Shown: positions 25,680 to 38,714 of the stretch, piece by piece
How positions within the stretch are numbered: position 1 is the stretch's first letter
Layout: every line of letters starts with the position of its first letter
Assembly (NCBI GenBank): GCA_030390025.1
Contig: CM059432.1
Coordinates: forward strand, 42,596,001-42,660,000
DNA: 64,000 nucleotides
DNA from: Squalus acanthias
Taxonomy: Eukaryota
Direction: 5' to 3'
The notes under the pieces: generated by a model
Told to the model about the DNA's origin: nothing
What the model saw: only the letters and a program-made list of their open reading frames with translations
Database searches by the model: none
Program-made: the position numbers and the translations under genes

Positions 25680-26060
25680 GTGGTTACCTCTCCTTTGCAG
25701 ACCGGAAGTGCGAGCGCGAGGCGTATCTGGGCAAGGTTCTGGAGCGGTGGAGGAAGCAGCAGCCACTGTGCGGAAACGGGTACTGTTTGACTTCACTTAT
25801 TTTATTCAACACCCAAAAACGGAATCAAACACACAGGTCGCCGGCTATTTGCCGCCTGCGATGCAATCCCTATTCCCGCGAAGGCAATATTATTTTCACT
25901 CTGGGGTTTATTTACACGAATCCTTAGGCGAAAGGGGCGGGACAGAAGGAGCCCGGCCCCGCGATGTTGCTTGCAGCTGGTTGGACGCTGTGGGCACATG
26001 TTAGTTTTTCATTGGCTGGCTCTAACGTCAATTTGGGCTGGTTGACTCGGAAGCAACGTT
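25680..26060. promoter_or_regulatory. CpG-rich promoter-like segment
   Basis: Non-repeat CpG-dense stretch with ETS-like CCGGAAGTG (~25702), GC box GGGGCGGG (~25934), ATTGG/CCAAT (~26011); splice-donor-like sites facing outwards on both strands. Confidence 0.55.
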
Positions 26061-26475
26061 GACAATTTTTTGTTTATTTAATGAGTGGAGTTCGCCAAGT
26101 TTGTTGTGTTACTGATTTGCAATGAGAAGTATTTAATTATACCAAGTTAGGTGTCTTAGGACGGTGGGGGGCGTATAGTGGTAAAACGTGCAGTCATTCT
26201 TTCGCTAATCGTTTGGTTTCAAATACCACAGGTACATGATATACTAATTAGAACTACTACTGCATTCTTTCATCTGCATGCTTGTCAATCTAAAAAAGAA
26301 CTTGCATATATATAGTATATATCTATCAAACGTTTCAAATCATTTTGCACAATACATTACTTTGAAGTGCAGGCACGAGGGTTGCCAACTATGTTCCAAC
26401 ATATTCCTGGAGATTTGATCATGTGATATTCAATCATGTGCCTCAGAAGTGAGGATTATAACATAGAATTACATA

Positions 26476-27177
26476 GGGCTGGATTTTGAATGACCCATGG
26501 AGTCGGGTTTGGAAGCGTGTGGGGGGTTAAATTTGCTGGGTCGGGGGTCCCGACCTCATCCCAACTCCAACCCGCCTCCACGCAATTTTGACAAAATCAG
26601 TCGCGGGGTTCCCGACTCCGTCCCGTCTCCAAGAGGCAGGAGAGGCCATTAAAGCCCTTAACAAGCCCTAAATTGGCTCTCTAATGCCATTTTGAAACAT
26701 TTTAGCTAGTTTAACCCTTTTCCGACGTGAAGTACGCCTGATGTGAAACACTCCAGTGAAACCTGGCGGGAGCACAAGTGGATAGCTGACTATCAGCTGC
26801 AGGTCCACTATTACAACGGAGATGTGATGAAGTTAGTAGTAGTATTAGGTCTGAAAGTTGCCTCTGATGCTGCTGCATCGAATGTCTTCAGAGACTGCAT
26901 GGCCTTTGCTGTGAGAGGACTTGGATGCAAAAAATTCTCTCTCCTCTTCCTTTCACATTTTGCATCCAGGTCCACTCACATCAGCAATGATGACATCATC
27001 AGAGGCGACTTTCAGACTGAAATCACTAATTAGTTCATGGGTTCCCACATGCTGGAACTCAATTGCCCAATTAAGTGAAAATTGCATCATTCATCCACAT
27101 TAATCTGGAGTCGGGGGGGGGGGAACACGAAATGCGAATGACACGACCCAACCCGACCCCAAGACAAAATCCAGCCC
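26476..27177. mobile_element. PIF/Harbinger MITE inserted in a CR1-type tail
   Basis: Perfect 13-bp TIRs GGGCTGGATTTTG / CAAAATCCAGCCC, TSD ATA. Confidence 0.92.
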
Positions 27178-27400
27178 ATAGAATCTACAGCATAGAAACA
27201 GGGCATTCGGCCCAACTAATGTTTACATTTCACTTGAGCCTCCTCCCACTCGAATTCCCACAGTGCCCCTGTATCCCTCTGTTCCCTCTCATTTATGCAT
27301 CATCTCCCCTTTAACGCAGCAGTGCTATCCGCCTCAACCACTCCATCTGGCAGCGAGTTCCACATTTTCACCACTCTCGGTAAAGAAATTACTTCTAAAT
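27178..27400 (-). mobile_element. Old CR1-type 3' tail fragment (starts ~26460)
   Basis: CATAGAA repeats and GGCATTCGGCCCAACT; similar to 48110-48365. Confidence 0.7.
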
Positions 27401-28304
27401 CACCCTTCAGACACCTTTGTAGACTCAAGCTGTTGTTTCTCCAGCATTTACTCGTTGCTCAGATCCTTAACGACAACAATTACTTGCATTTATATAGCGC
27501 CGTTAACATAACAAAAATGTCCCAAGCCATATCACAGAGACATAAGGCAAAATTTAATGTCGAGACAGAGATGTTAGGAGTGGTGAGCAACAGCTTGGTT
27601 GAGGGTCTTAATGGAAGAGATGAGAGGTGGAGAAGCAGCTGACCGAATGGTCTCCACTTTAGTGACATTGGGGATCAGCACTTAAATAACTCATTTCCTC
27701 GTGACGAGAACTGGATGCAGTATTCAAGATGCGGTCTAACCAGCGCACTATAAAGTTTGATCATTACCTCCTCTGACATATATTCTACTGTTTTGGCTTA
27801 GTATTTAGACATTCTATTGGTTTTGTTGATTACTACTCTGCATTGGTTAGATATATTTAGCATTGAATCTACTAGAAATCTTGGGTTTCTTATAGCTTCA
27901 TCCTTGGCTTTTCAACACCATTCATGTCGTCTATCTCGTCCAATTCATTTTGTAATTTCTGAGCTGCTTCCTCTAATTCCACTGCCTTCCTATTGTGGTA
28001 AACTAGAAACCAATAGTGGTCCTAGCACTGAGTGTTGAGGTACCCCCCCCCCAAAAAAAAATTCTGACATAACTCCTCTAATGAGTACCTGTACCCTAAT
28101 CTTCAGCCAGCATTATAATCATTCCCAACAGCTTTGAGCTTGATTAATACCCTTTCATATGGAACTTTATAAAAAAAACTTTTGGAAGTTGGAAAGGCTT
28201 ACCACAGTCCACTTGGATTGACACGTCCTCATCTAGGAGGTTGGTCAGCTTTCAAAGTTACTTAACAGATGCTGCACTTGCATGTAAATTATAGTAAAAC
28301 GAGA

Positions 28305-31300
28305 GGGAACGGTAGCATAGTGGTTATGTTACTAGACTAGTAAATCAGAGGCCTGGACTAATGATCCATAGTTCAAATCCCACCACGGCAGCTGAGGAAT
28401 TTTAATTCAGTTAAATAAATCTGGAATAAAAAGCTAGTATCAGTAATGGTGACCATAAAACTATCGGATTGTCGTAAAAACACATCTGGTTCACTAATGT
28501 CCTTTAGGAAGGAAATCTGCCGTTCTTACCTGGTCTGGCCGATGTGACTCCAGACCCACAGTAATGTGGTTGACTCTTAACTGTCCTCTGAAATGGCCTA
28601 CCATACCGCTACGAAAAACAATGATAAGAATAAAACCAGACGGACCACCCAGCATCGACCTCGGCACTGGCTACGGACACGACAACGGCACACCCAGCCC
28701 AGTCAACCCTGCAAAGTCCTCCTCACCAACATCTGGGGACTTGTGCCAAAATTGGGAGAGCTGTCCCACAGACTAGTCATTCTCACAGAATCATACCTTT
28801 CAGCCAATGTCCCAAACTCCTCCACCACCATCCCAGGGTATGTCCTGTCTCACCAGCAGGACAGACCCACCAAGGGTGGCGGCGCATTCGGGAAGGAGTG
28901 GCCCTGGGAGTCCTCAACATTGACTGCGGACCACATGAAATGTCATGGCTTCAGGTCAAGCATGGGCAAGGAAACCTCCTGCTAATTACCACCTACCGCC
29001 CTCCCTCAGCTGATGAATCAGTACTCCTCCATGTTGAACACCACTTGGAAGAAGCACTGAGAGTAGCAAGGACACAGAATGTACTCTGTGTGGGGGACTT
29101 CAGTGTCCTTCACCAAGAGTGACTTGGTAGCACCACTACTGACCGAGCTGGCCGAGTCCTGAAGGACATAGCTGCCAGTCTGGGCCTGCAACAAGTGGTG
29201 AGAGAACCAACCCTAGGGAAAAACCTACTTGACCTCGTCCTCACCAATCTACCTGTCACAGATGCTTCTGCCCATGACAGCATTGGTAGCAGTGACCACC
29301 GCACAGTCATTGTGGAGACGAAGTCCCATCTTCACACTGAGGACACCCTCCATTGTGTTGTGTGGCACTACCACCGTGCTAAATGGGATGGATTCAGAAC
29401 AGATCTAGCAGTTCAAAGCTGGTATCCATGAGGTGCTGTGGGCCATCAATAGCAGCAGAATTGTATTCCACCACAATCTGTAACCTCATGGCCTGGCATA
29501 TCCCTCACTCTACCATTACCATCAAGCCAGGGGACCAACCCTGGTTCAATAAGGAGTGTAGAAGAGCATGCCAGGAGCAGCACCAGGCGTACCTAAAAAT
29601 GCGGTACCAACCTGGGGAAGTTGCAACACAGGACTACATGCATGCTAAAAAGCAGAAGCAGCATGCTATAGACAGGGCTCAGCGATCCCACAATCAACGA
29701 ATCAGATCAAAGTTCTGCAGTCCTGCCACATCTAGTCCTGAATGGTGGTGGACCATTAAACAACTAACGGGAGGAGGAGGCTCCATGAATATCCCCATCC
29801 TCCATGATGGTGGAGCCAGCATGTGAGTGCAAAAGACAAGGCTGAAGCGTTTGTAACCATCTTCAGCCAGAAGTGCCGAGTGATGATCCATATCGGCCTC
29901 CTCCTGCAGTCCCCACCATCACAGAAGCCAGTCTTCAGCCAATTCGATTCACTCCACGTGATATCAAGAAATGGCTGAGCGCACTGGATACAGCAAAGGC
30001 TGTGGGCCCCGACAACATCCCAGCTGTTGTGCTGAAGACTTGTGCTCCAGAACTAGCCACGCTTCTAGCCAAGCTGTTCCAGTACAGCTACAACACTGGC
30101 ATCTATCCGACAATGTGGAAAACTGCCCAGGTATATCTGTCCACAAAAAGCAGGACAAATCCAATCCAGCCAATTACCGCCCCTTCAATCTACTCTCAAT
30201 CATCAGCAAAGTGATGGAAGGTGTCGTCGACAGTGCTATCAAGCGGCACTTACTCACCAATAACCTGCTCATTGATGTACAGTTTGGGTTCCACCAGGAC
30301 CACTCAGCTCCAGACCTCAATACAGCCTTGGTCCAAACATGGACAAAGGAGCTGAATTCTGGAGGTGAAGTGAGAGTGACTGCACTTGACATCAAGGCAG
30401 CATTTGACCGAGTGTGGCATCAAGGAGCCCTAGTAAAACTGAAGTCAATGGGAAAACTCTCCACTGGCTGGAGTCATACCTAGCACAAAGGAAGAAGTTG
30501 TGGTTGGAGGTCAATCATCACAGCCCCAGGACATTGCTGCAGGAGTTCCTCAGGGCAGTGTCCTAGGCCCAACCATCTTTAGCTGCTTCATCAATGACCT
30601 TTCCTCCAACATAAGGTTGGAAATGGGGATGTGCGCTGATGACTGCAGTGTTCAGTGCCATTGGCAACTCCTCAGAAAATGAAGCAGTCCATGCCCGCAT
30701 GCAACAAGACCTGGACGACATTTAGGCTTGGGCTGATAAGTGGCAGGTAACATTCACGCCACAGAAGTGCCAGGCAATGACTATCTCCAACAAGCGAGAG
30801 TCTAACCACCACCCCTTCACATTCAACGGCATTACCATCGCCGAATCCTCCACCATCAACATCCTGGGGGGTCACCATTAACCAGAAACTTAACTGAATC
30901 TGCCACATAAATACTGTGGCAACAAGAGCAGGTCAGAGGCTAGGTATTCTGCGGCGAGTGTCTTAGCTCCTGACTCCCCAAAGCCTTTCCACCATTTACA
31001 AAGCACAAGTAAGGAGTTTGATGGAATATTCTCCACTTGCCTGGATGAGTGCAGCTCCAACAACACTCAAGAAGTTCAACACCATGCAGACAAAGCAGCC
31101 CGCTTGATTGGCACCCCGTCGACCATCTTAAACATTCACTCCCTCCACCACCGGCGTACCGTGGCTGCAGTGTGTACCATCTACAAGATGCACTGCAGCA
31201 ACTCGCCAAGGCTTCTTTGGCAGCAACTCCCAAACCCGCGACCTCTTCCACCTAGAAGGACAAGGACAGCAGGCGCATGGGAACACCACCACCTCCAGGT

Positions 31301-31478
31301 TCCCCTCCAAATCACACACCATCCTGACTTGGAAGTATATCGCTGTTCCTTCACCACACGGACTGCAGCAGTTCAAGAAGTCAGCTCACCACCACCTTCT
31401 CAAGGGCATTTAGGAAAGGGTAATAAATGCTGGGCTTGCCAGCGATGCTCAGATCCCATGAACAAATTAAAAAAAAAA
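28305..31478 (+). mobile_element. Single-ORF LINE (EN + RT) with tRNA-like 5' head, near full length, degraded
   Basis: A box 28313-28323, B box 28371-28380; EN motifs (NIWGL, LTES, YRPP, GDF, LDLVLTN, SDH); RT motifs (DIKAAFDRVWH, GVPQGSVLGP, ADD); A-rich 3' end. Confidence 0.9.
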
Positions 31479-31824
31479 CTCAGCTCCCCATGACTGATCC
31501 TGGAATGGACCACAAGACACATATTGTAGTAATATCTTAAATATATAATTTTAAAAAAAATCACCACTTCAATCCCACTCACTGTTTTACTTCCAAATCC
31601 TGGCAATTCCACACATTAAGTGGCATGAATGCTTAAAGTCAGTTAATATATACACAGCAGGAACATCCTCTTTATCTCAAAAAAGAGATTGTAATGAGTC
31701 TTGAAGAAAATAAACCTCTAAGACACCTTGGCATACCCCAGAAATATCCTTTGAAAATAAAAAAATTATAAAAGCTGCACTTTATTTTTTATGTTAAATC
31801 GTATTTAATAAAAATTGATTAAGA

Positions 31825-32635
31825 GAGTGGCCAAAACTGTGGCAGATGGAGTTAAATGTGGGGAAATGTGAGGTTATCCACTTTGGACCTAAGAAAGGTA
31901 GATTAGAATATTTTCTAAATGCAAGAAGCTAGGAACTGTGGAGGAGCAGAGAGATTTAGGGGTCCAAGTACAGAAATCACTAAAAGCTAGTGGACAGGTA
32001 CACAAAGTAATTAAGGCTAGTGGAATGTTGGCCCTTATCTCAAGGGGGCTGGAATACAAAGGGGTAGAAGTTATGTTAGTTATGTAAAGTTCAGGTTAGA
32101 CCCCATTTAGAGTACTGCGTTCAGTTCTGGGCAGTGCACCTCAGGAAGGATATGTTGGCCTTAGAGGGGGTGCAGCGCAGATTTGCCAGAATGATACCTG
32201 GGCTAAAAGGGTTAAATTATGAGGACAGGTTGCACAGACTAGGCTCATATTCCCTTGAGTATAGACAATTAAGGGGTGAACCAATTGAGGTGTTTCAGAT
32301 GATCAAAGGATTTGATAGGGTAGATAGAGAGAAACTATTTCCTCTGGTGGGGAATCCAGAAAAAGAGGGCATAACCTTAAAATTAGAGCTAGGCCATTCA
32401 GGGGTGATGTCAGGAAGCACTTCCAGTGCAAATCTGGAACACTCTTCTCACAAAAAGCTGTTGAGGCTAGGGCGATTGAAAATTTCAGAAGTAGATTGAT
32501 AGATTTTTGTTAGGCAAGGGTATTTAGTGTTACGGAACTATGGTGGGTAGATGGAGTTAATATACAAATCGGCCATACTGATTGAAATGCGGAATAGGGT
32601 GAAGGGGCTGAATGGCCTACTCTTACTCCTATGTA
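31825..32635 (+). mobile_element. Diverged CR1 3' fragment
   Basis: ORF 32134-32499 (LEGVQRRFARMIPGL); tail GAATGGCCTACTCTTACTCCTATGT. Confidence 0.88.
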
Positions 32636-33060
32636 TGCTAGTTGACCTCCTATGGTGTTGCACATAGTAAGTCTAAGAATATGGTCACTCTCTTTCCTGT
32701 ATCTGTGTTTTTTTTTCTCTGTCTATCTCCTCTGGTTTTGTCTATCTTTTTTTTTGCTTTTCTGTGTCTTTTTCTTTGCTTTCAGATGGGAGGCGGTGGG
32801 TGATGTGGTGTAGTGGAAAGAGGACTCTAATGGCTGTAGGCTGAATTTAGGTTGGGGATTGCTGGGGAAATATGGCCTTTAGCATCTCCCTTACTATCTC
32901 CCCCAATGACTCAGTTTTCCTCCCATCCCATTGTGTCCCCTACCACTTCAACTTTCCATTCCCCTTCCTATCACTTTCTCCAAAGGTTGGTGGAGCGAGG
33001 CCAGAGACCCCTCACTCTCTCACCCAGTTTCCTCCTTACCTCTCCCTTCTACCCTATCTT

Positions 33061-36000
33061 CATAGAAACATAGAAGATAGGAGCAGGAGTAGGCCATTCG
33101 GCCCCTCGAGCCTGCTCCGCCATTCGATGAGATCATGGCTGATCATCCAAACTCAGTACCCTGTACCTGCCTTCTCCCCATATCCCTTGATACCTTTAGC
33201 TTTAAGAAATATATCTAACTCATTCTTGAATATATTTAATGACTTGGCCTCAACTACCTTCTGTGGTAGAGAATTCCACAGGTTCACCACTCTCTGGGTG
33301 AAGAAATTCTTCCTCATTTCTGTCCTAAATGGCTTACCCGTTATCCTTAGATTATGACCCCTGGTTCTGGACTCTCCGACCATCAGGAACATTCTTCCTG
33401 CATCTAGTTTGTCCAGACCTGTCAGAATTTTATATGTTTCGATGAGATCCCCTCTCATTCTTCTATACTCCAGCGAGTATAAGCCCAATCGACCCAATCT
33501 CTCCTCATATGTCATTCCTGCCATCCCAGGTATCAGACTTGTGAATCTTCGCTGAACTCCTTCCATGGCAAGAACATCCTTCCTCAGATAAGGCGACCAA
33601 AACTGCACACAGTACTCAAGGTGTGGTCTCACCAAGGCCTTGTACAACTGCAGCAGGACATCCCTGTTCCTATACTCAAACCCTTTCGCTATGAAGGCCA
33701 ACATACCATTTGCCTTCTTCACCGCCTGCTGCACATGCATGCTTACTTTCAGCGACTGGTGCACAAGGACACCTAGGTCTCGTTGCACTTCCCCTTCTCC
33801 CAATCTATTGCCATTCAGATAATAGTCTGCCTTTCTGTTTTTGACACCAAAGTGGATAACCTCGCACTTATCCACGTTATATTGCATCTGCCACGCTTCT
33901 GCCCACTCACCCAACCTGTCCAAATCATCCTGGAGTTTCTCGGTATCCTCCTCGCAGCACACACTCCCACCCAGCTTTGTGTCATCTGCAAACTTGGAGA
34001 TATTACATTTAGTTCCCTTATCTAGATCATTAATCTTTATTGTGAATAGCTGGGGTCCAAGGACCGATCCCTGCAGTACCCCACTAGTCACTGCTTGCCA
34101 CTCGGAAAAAGACCCATTAATTCCTACTCTCTGCTTTCTGTCCGCCAACCAGTTCTCTATCCAAGTCAATACCTTGCCCCCAATCCCATGTGCTTTAACT
34201 TTACATGCAAATCTCTTATGCGGGACCTTATCGAAAGCCTTTTGAAAGTCCAAATACACCACATCTACTGGTTCTCCCTTATCTATTTTCCCAGTTACGT
34301 CCTCAAAAAATTCCAGTAGATTAGTCAAGCACGATTTACCTTTTGTAAATCCATGTTGACTTTGTCCGATCCTGTCACTGTTTTTCAAGTGCTCAGCTAT
34401 TACATCCTTTATAATGGACTCTAGCATTTTCCCCAATACCGATGTCAGGCTTACCGGTCTGTAATTCCTCGCTTTCTCTCTACCACCCTTTTTGAATAGT
34501 GGGGTAACATTGGCTACCCTCCAATCCATGGGTACAGTTCCAGATTCCATCGAATGTTGGAAGATGATCAGCAATGCATCTACTATTTCTAGGGCCACTT
34601 CCTTAAGTACCCTAGGATGTAGATTATCAGGCCCTGGGGATTTATCGGCCTTCAATCCCGTCAATTTCCCTAACACCATTTCCCTGCAAATACTGATTTC
34701 TTTCAGTTCCTCCCTTTCATCAGACCGTATGTTCTCCAACATCTCTGGGAGGTTATTTGTGTCCTCCTTTGTGAAGACAGAACCAAAATATGCATTTAAT
34801 TGGTCTGCCATTTCTTTGTTCCCCATTATAAGTTCCCCCGATTCTGACTGCAAGGGACCTACACTTGATTTCACTAATCTTTTTCTCTTCACATATCTAT
34901 AAAAGCTCTTACAGTCAGTTTTTATGTTCCCAGCAAGCTTACTTCATATTCTATTTTCCCCTTCTTAATTAATCCCTTTGTCCTCCTTTGTTGAATCCTA
35001 AACTGCTCCCAATCCTCAGGGCTACCGCTTTTTCTGGCCAATTTATATGTCCTCTCCTTGGATCTTATGCTATCCCTAATTTCCCTCGTTAGCCACGGTT
35101 GAGTCACCCTTTTTGTTTTACTCTTATGCCACACTGGGATGAACAAATTCTGTAGTTCATCCATGCAGTCTTTGAATGTTTGCCATTGCCTATCCACCGT
35201 CAACCCCTTGAGTGACATTCCCCAATCAATCCTACCCAATTCGCGCCACATACCATCGTAGTTTCCTTTATTTAAATTCAGGACCCTAGTCTCTGATTCA
35301 ACGACTTCACTCTCCATCCTAATGAAAAATTAGATCATATTATGATCACTCTGACCCAAGGGGCCTCGTACAACAAGATTGCTAATTAATCCTTTCTCGT
35401 TACATAATACCCAGTCTAAGATGGCCTGCTCTCTGGTTGGTTCCTCGACATATTGTTCCAGAAAACCATCTCGTAAACATTCTAGGAATTCCTCCTCCAC
35501 AGTATTTTTACTAATTTGGTTAGCCCAATCTATATGTAAATTAAAGTCACCCATGATGACTGCTGTGCCCTTACTGCATGCTTCTCTAATTTCCCTTTTA
35601 ATGCCGCCCCCAACCTCTGTATTACTGTTTGGAGGTCTATATACCACTCCCACTAAAGTTTTCTGCCCCTTGTTATTTCTCAGTTCTACCCATACAGATT
35701 CCGCATCATCAGAGCTAATATCCTTCGTTTCAATTGTGTTAATCCCCTCTTTAACCAGCAATGCTACCCCACCTCCCTTTCTTTTTTGCCTATCTTTCCT
35801 AAATATTGACTAACCCTGGATGTTGAGTTCCCAGCCTTGGCCACCCTGGAGCCATGTTTCTGTAATCCCAATCAAATCGTATTCATTTACCTCTATTTGC
35901 GCAGCTAATTCATCCACCTTGTTCCGAATGCTCCTTGCATTAAGACACAAAGCCTTCAGGCTTGTTTTTTTAACACTCTCAGACCTATATGAATTATTAT

Positions 36001-37140
36001 TTACTGTGACCAAGTTTGATTTAAACTGTTGAGTTCTTTGCCTTCTACTTTTGTTTTTCTCCTTCCTGTCTTTAGCTTTTATCCTTGTTTCCCTTTCCTC
36101 TGTCTCCCTGCTCAGGTTCCCAACCCCCTGCCACTTTAGTTTAAACCCTCCCCAACAGCACTAGCAAACACTCCCCCTAGGACATCGGTCCCGGCCCTGC
36201 CCAGGTGCAGACCGTCCCATTTGTATTGGTCCCACCTCCCCCAGAACCGGTTCCAATGTCCAAGGAATTTGAATCCCTCCCCCTTGCACCATTCCTCTAG
36301 CCACGTATTCATTTGAAATATCCTCCTATTTCTACTCTGACTAGCACGTGGCATTGGTAGCAATCCTGAGATTACTACCTTTTGAGGTCCTCTTTTTTTA
36401 ATTTACCTCCTAACTCCCTATATTCTGCTTTTAGGACCTCATCCCGTTTTTTACCTATATCGTTGATGCCTATGTGCACCACGACAACTGGCTGCTCGCC
36501 CTCCCCCTCCAAAATGTTCTGTAGCCGCTCCGAGACGTCCTTGACCCTTGCACCAGGGAGGCAACACACCATCCTGGAGTCTCGATTGCGGCCGCAGAAA
36601 CGCCTATCTATCCCCTTACAATTGAATCCCCTATCACTATAGCTCTTCCACACTTTTTCCTCCCAGCCTGTGCAGCAGAGCCACCCATGGTGCCAGGAAG
36701 TTGGCTGCTGCCGCCTTCCTCTGATAAGTCATCCCCCCCAACAGCATCCAAAGAGGTATATCTGTTTGAGAGGGGGATGGCCACAGGGGACCCCTGCACT
36801 ACCTGCCTGCACCTCTTACTCTGCCTGGTGGTCACCCATTCACTTCCTGCCTGTACACCCTTTACCTGCGGTGTGACCAACTCGCTAAACGTGTTATTCA
36901 CGACGTTCTCAGCGTCGCGAATGCTCCAATATGCATCCATCCGCAGCTCCAGCGCCGCAATGCGGTCCGTCAGTAGCTGCAGCTGGATACATTTCCCACA
37001 CACATGGTCGTCAGAGACACAGGAAGTGTCCCTGATTTCCCACATATTGCAGGAGGAGCATATCACTGCGCCGAGCTCTGCTGCCATGACTTACCCTTTA
37101 ATTAATTAATTAAAATTAAACCAATTGAATCCCACCAATT
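33061..37140 (-). mobile_element. Near full-length CR1 LINE: ORF1 (zinc finger/leucine zipper + SGNH esterase) and ORF2 (EN-RT)
   Basis: ORF1 pieces 36608-37087 (CSSC..CGKC, IGDS), 36375-36653, 36136-36363 (DGLHL); ORF2 pieces 35810-36013, 35330-35761, 34922-35317, 33153-34892; tail CATAGAAACATAGAA on the plus strand. Confidence 0.97.
33153..34892 (-). CDS. CR1 ORF2 reverse transcriptase portion (579 aa open)
   Basis: Continuous RT with QHGF, YLDFQKAFD, QGSVLGP, KFADD. Confidence 0.9.
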   Translation of the reverse strand: MKRKRLVKSSVGPLQSESGELIMGNKEMADQLNAYFGSVFTKEDTNNLPEMLENIRSDEREELKEISICREMVLGKLTGLKADKSPGPDNLHPRVLKEVALEIVDALLIIFQHSMESGTVPMDWRVANVTPLFKKGGREKARNYRPVSLTSVLGKMLESIIKDVIAEHLKNSDRIGQSQHGFTKGKSCLTNLLEFFEDVTGKIDKGEPVDVVYLDFQKAFDKVPHKRFACKVKAHGIGGKVLTWIENWLADRKQRVGINGSFSEWQAVTSGVLQGSVLGPQLFTIKINDLDKGTKCNISKFADDTKLGGSVCCEEDTEKLQDDLDRLGEWAEAWQMQYNVDKCEVIHFGVKNRKADYYLNGNRLGEGEVQRDLGVLVHQSLKVSMHVQQAVKKANGMLAFIAKGFEYRNRDVLLQLYKALVRPHLEYCVQFWSPYLRKDVLAMEGVQRRFTSLIPGMAGMTYEERLGRLGLYSLEYRRMRGDLIETYKILTGLDKLDAGRMFLMVGESRTRGHNLRITGKPFRTEMRKNFFTQRVVNLWNSLPQKVVEAKSLNIFKNELDIFLKAKGIKGYGEKAGTGY

Positions 37141-38714
37141 TCACTTCAATTAAATGATATACTCTTTGTTTACCGCAAACCGGTTTTGTTTGCTTTCAAA
37201 ATGTAACTTTTTCTTAAGAAATGAAACCAAATTAGGATAAGAGACTCTCTTGTTGAGTCTTTCTTTCTGTCTGTCTCATTCCTCCTATTGACAGATGTAA
37301 GCAATTAGCATTGACATTTCGTAATTGTCAACAAAACACAGGTGAGGTAATTAGCTAGTTTCAAAATTCAACTGCTCATGAAGAGCAAGACGCTTTCTCC
37401 CCCTCAACCTGCTGTCGCCTTCTCTCCAACCCTCATGTCTCTGTCTCTTGCACTTTCTAAGATTTATGGAGCACAAAGTAAAGGCTACAACAGGTATACA
37501 GTCAGAACTCTTCAATTCTTTTCCCCCCACACACACAGCCTCTCTTTATTTAAAAAAAAAGTTATGAACTTTACCTCAGTAAAACTTTGAAATTTGTCCT
37601 CTAACTTTTCTTCAAATAATTTTGCAATTTTTTTGGGGCAGGAGCTGCTAGAAGCTAAAGGGGAAGAATATTCCCCTGGTAGAGCTGAATGAACAACACT
37701 GAGGTAACTGCACATGGTCTGACTGCACAATCCAAAATTCAGCTCACAATGTCACAGTTCTGGACAAAAATATCTAGTCCAAGCCCAGGGTTGTGGGAGA
37801 GGCAGAGGCCAGCAAGTAAAAACTTGAATGAAAACATTAAAAGACAAAAAAGACAATTCAATAGATAAAGTCAATTATATTGCAAAACTTTTTTTTATTG
37901 TGTTGGTTAAATTTTTATTTTGCATTTAAATTCAGTTATTGAGGAATAAATGGCAGTTGAAATACATTTTTAGAAAACATTTTGAAAGAATCATGGGAAC
38001 CCAGTGGCTAGATTTACAATTAGAGGGACAGGTTTATGCTGGTGTTTTCTATTGTAAATGTGAATGTAGGATTTAATAATTCAAAAAGCAGACATGAAAT
38101 TGATGTTGGTGTAAGGTTTTCATATATTCTCTCTCTCCCGTCAGTTTTTGCAGATAAATACTAGTTAACACAACTATAGCTGACTGTCAGAAGTTATTAG
38201 CTCAACTTAATACTTTTCTGCCTCAAGTTCACATGTAACCAACTGTAAGAATGTAATGTCTGCTTGTGCCAGCCTCCAATTCTGCCTTTGAATTGGTTTG
38301 ATTGGTTCAGCCTTTTCCTAATGGTGAGAGACTGGAAACTGTGGAGGAGCAAAGGGCGTCCATGTACACAAATCACTAAAAATGAGTGCACAGGTAGGGA
38401 GGCAACTCAAGTTGAGTGCATGAGAGTGCATAAGAGCTGCTCGAGTCCTGAATGCAGTTCAAGTGCAGAAAAGCTTGATGTTCCATTAGAATAAGCCTGG
38501 CAGAGGAGAGAAAGTACCAGAATAGATCCCTGCACGCAGGAAAGAACCGCAGTAGAGAGCACAGAGAGAGAGAGGCCTACAGTGAAATTGAGGAAGCTAA
38601 CCTGAATAGCCTTTTTACAAACCTTCCAAGTTGGAAGATGTACTGAGAAATGTAATGGCTCACAGCATCTTTTGACAATATGGTATAGTTTGTGGACTTG
38701 AAAGTTGCATGTGA

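Noticed and set aside
33640..35813. Plus-strand ORFs (and similar antisense ORFs over other LINEs)
   Set aside because: They are shadow frames of CR1/L2 ORF2.
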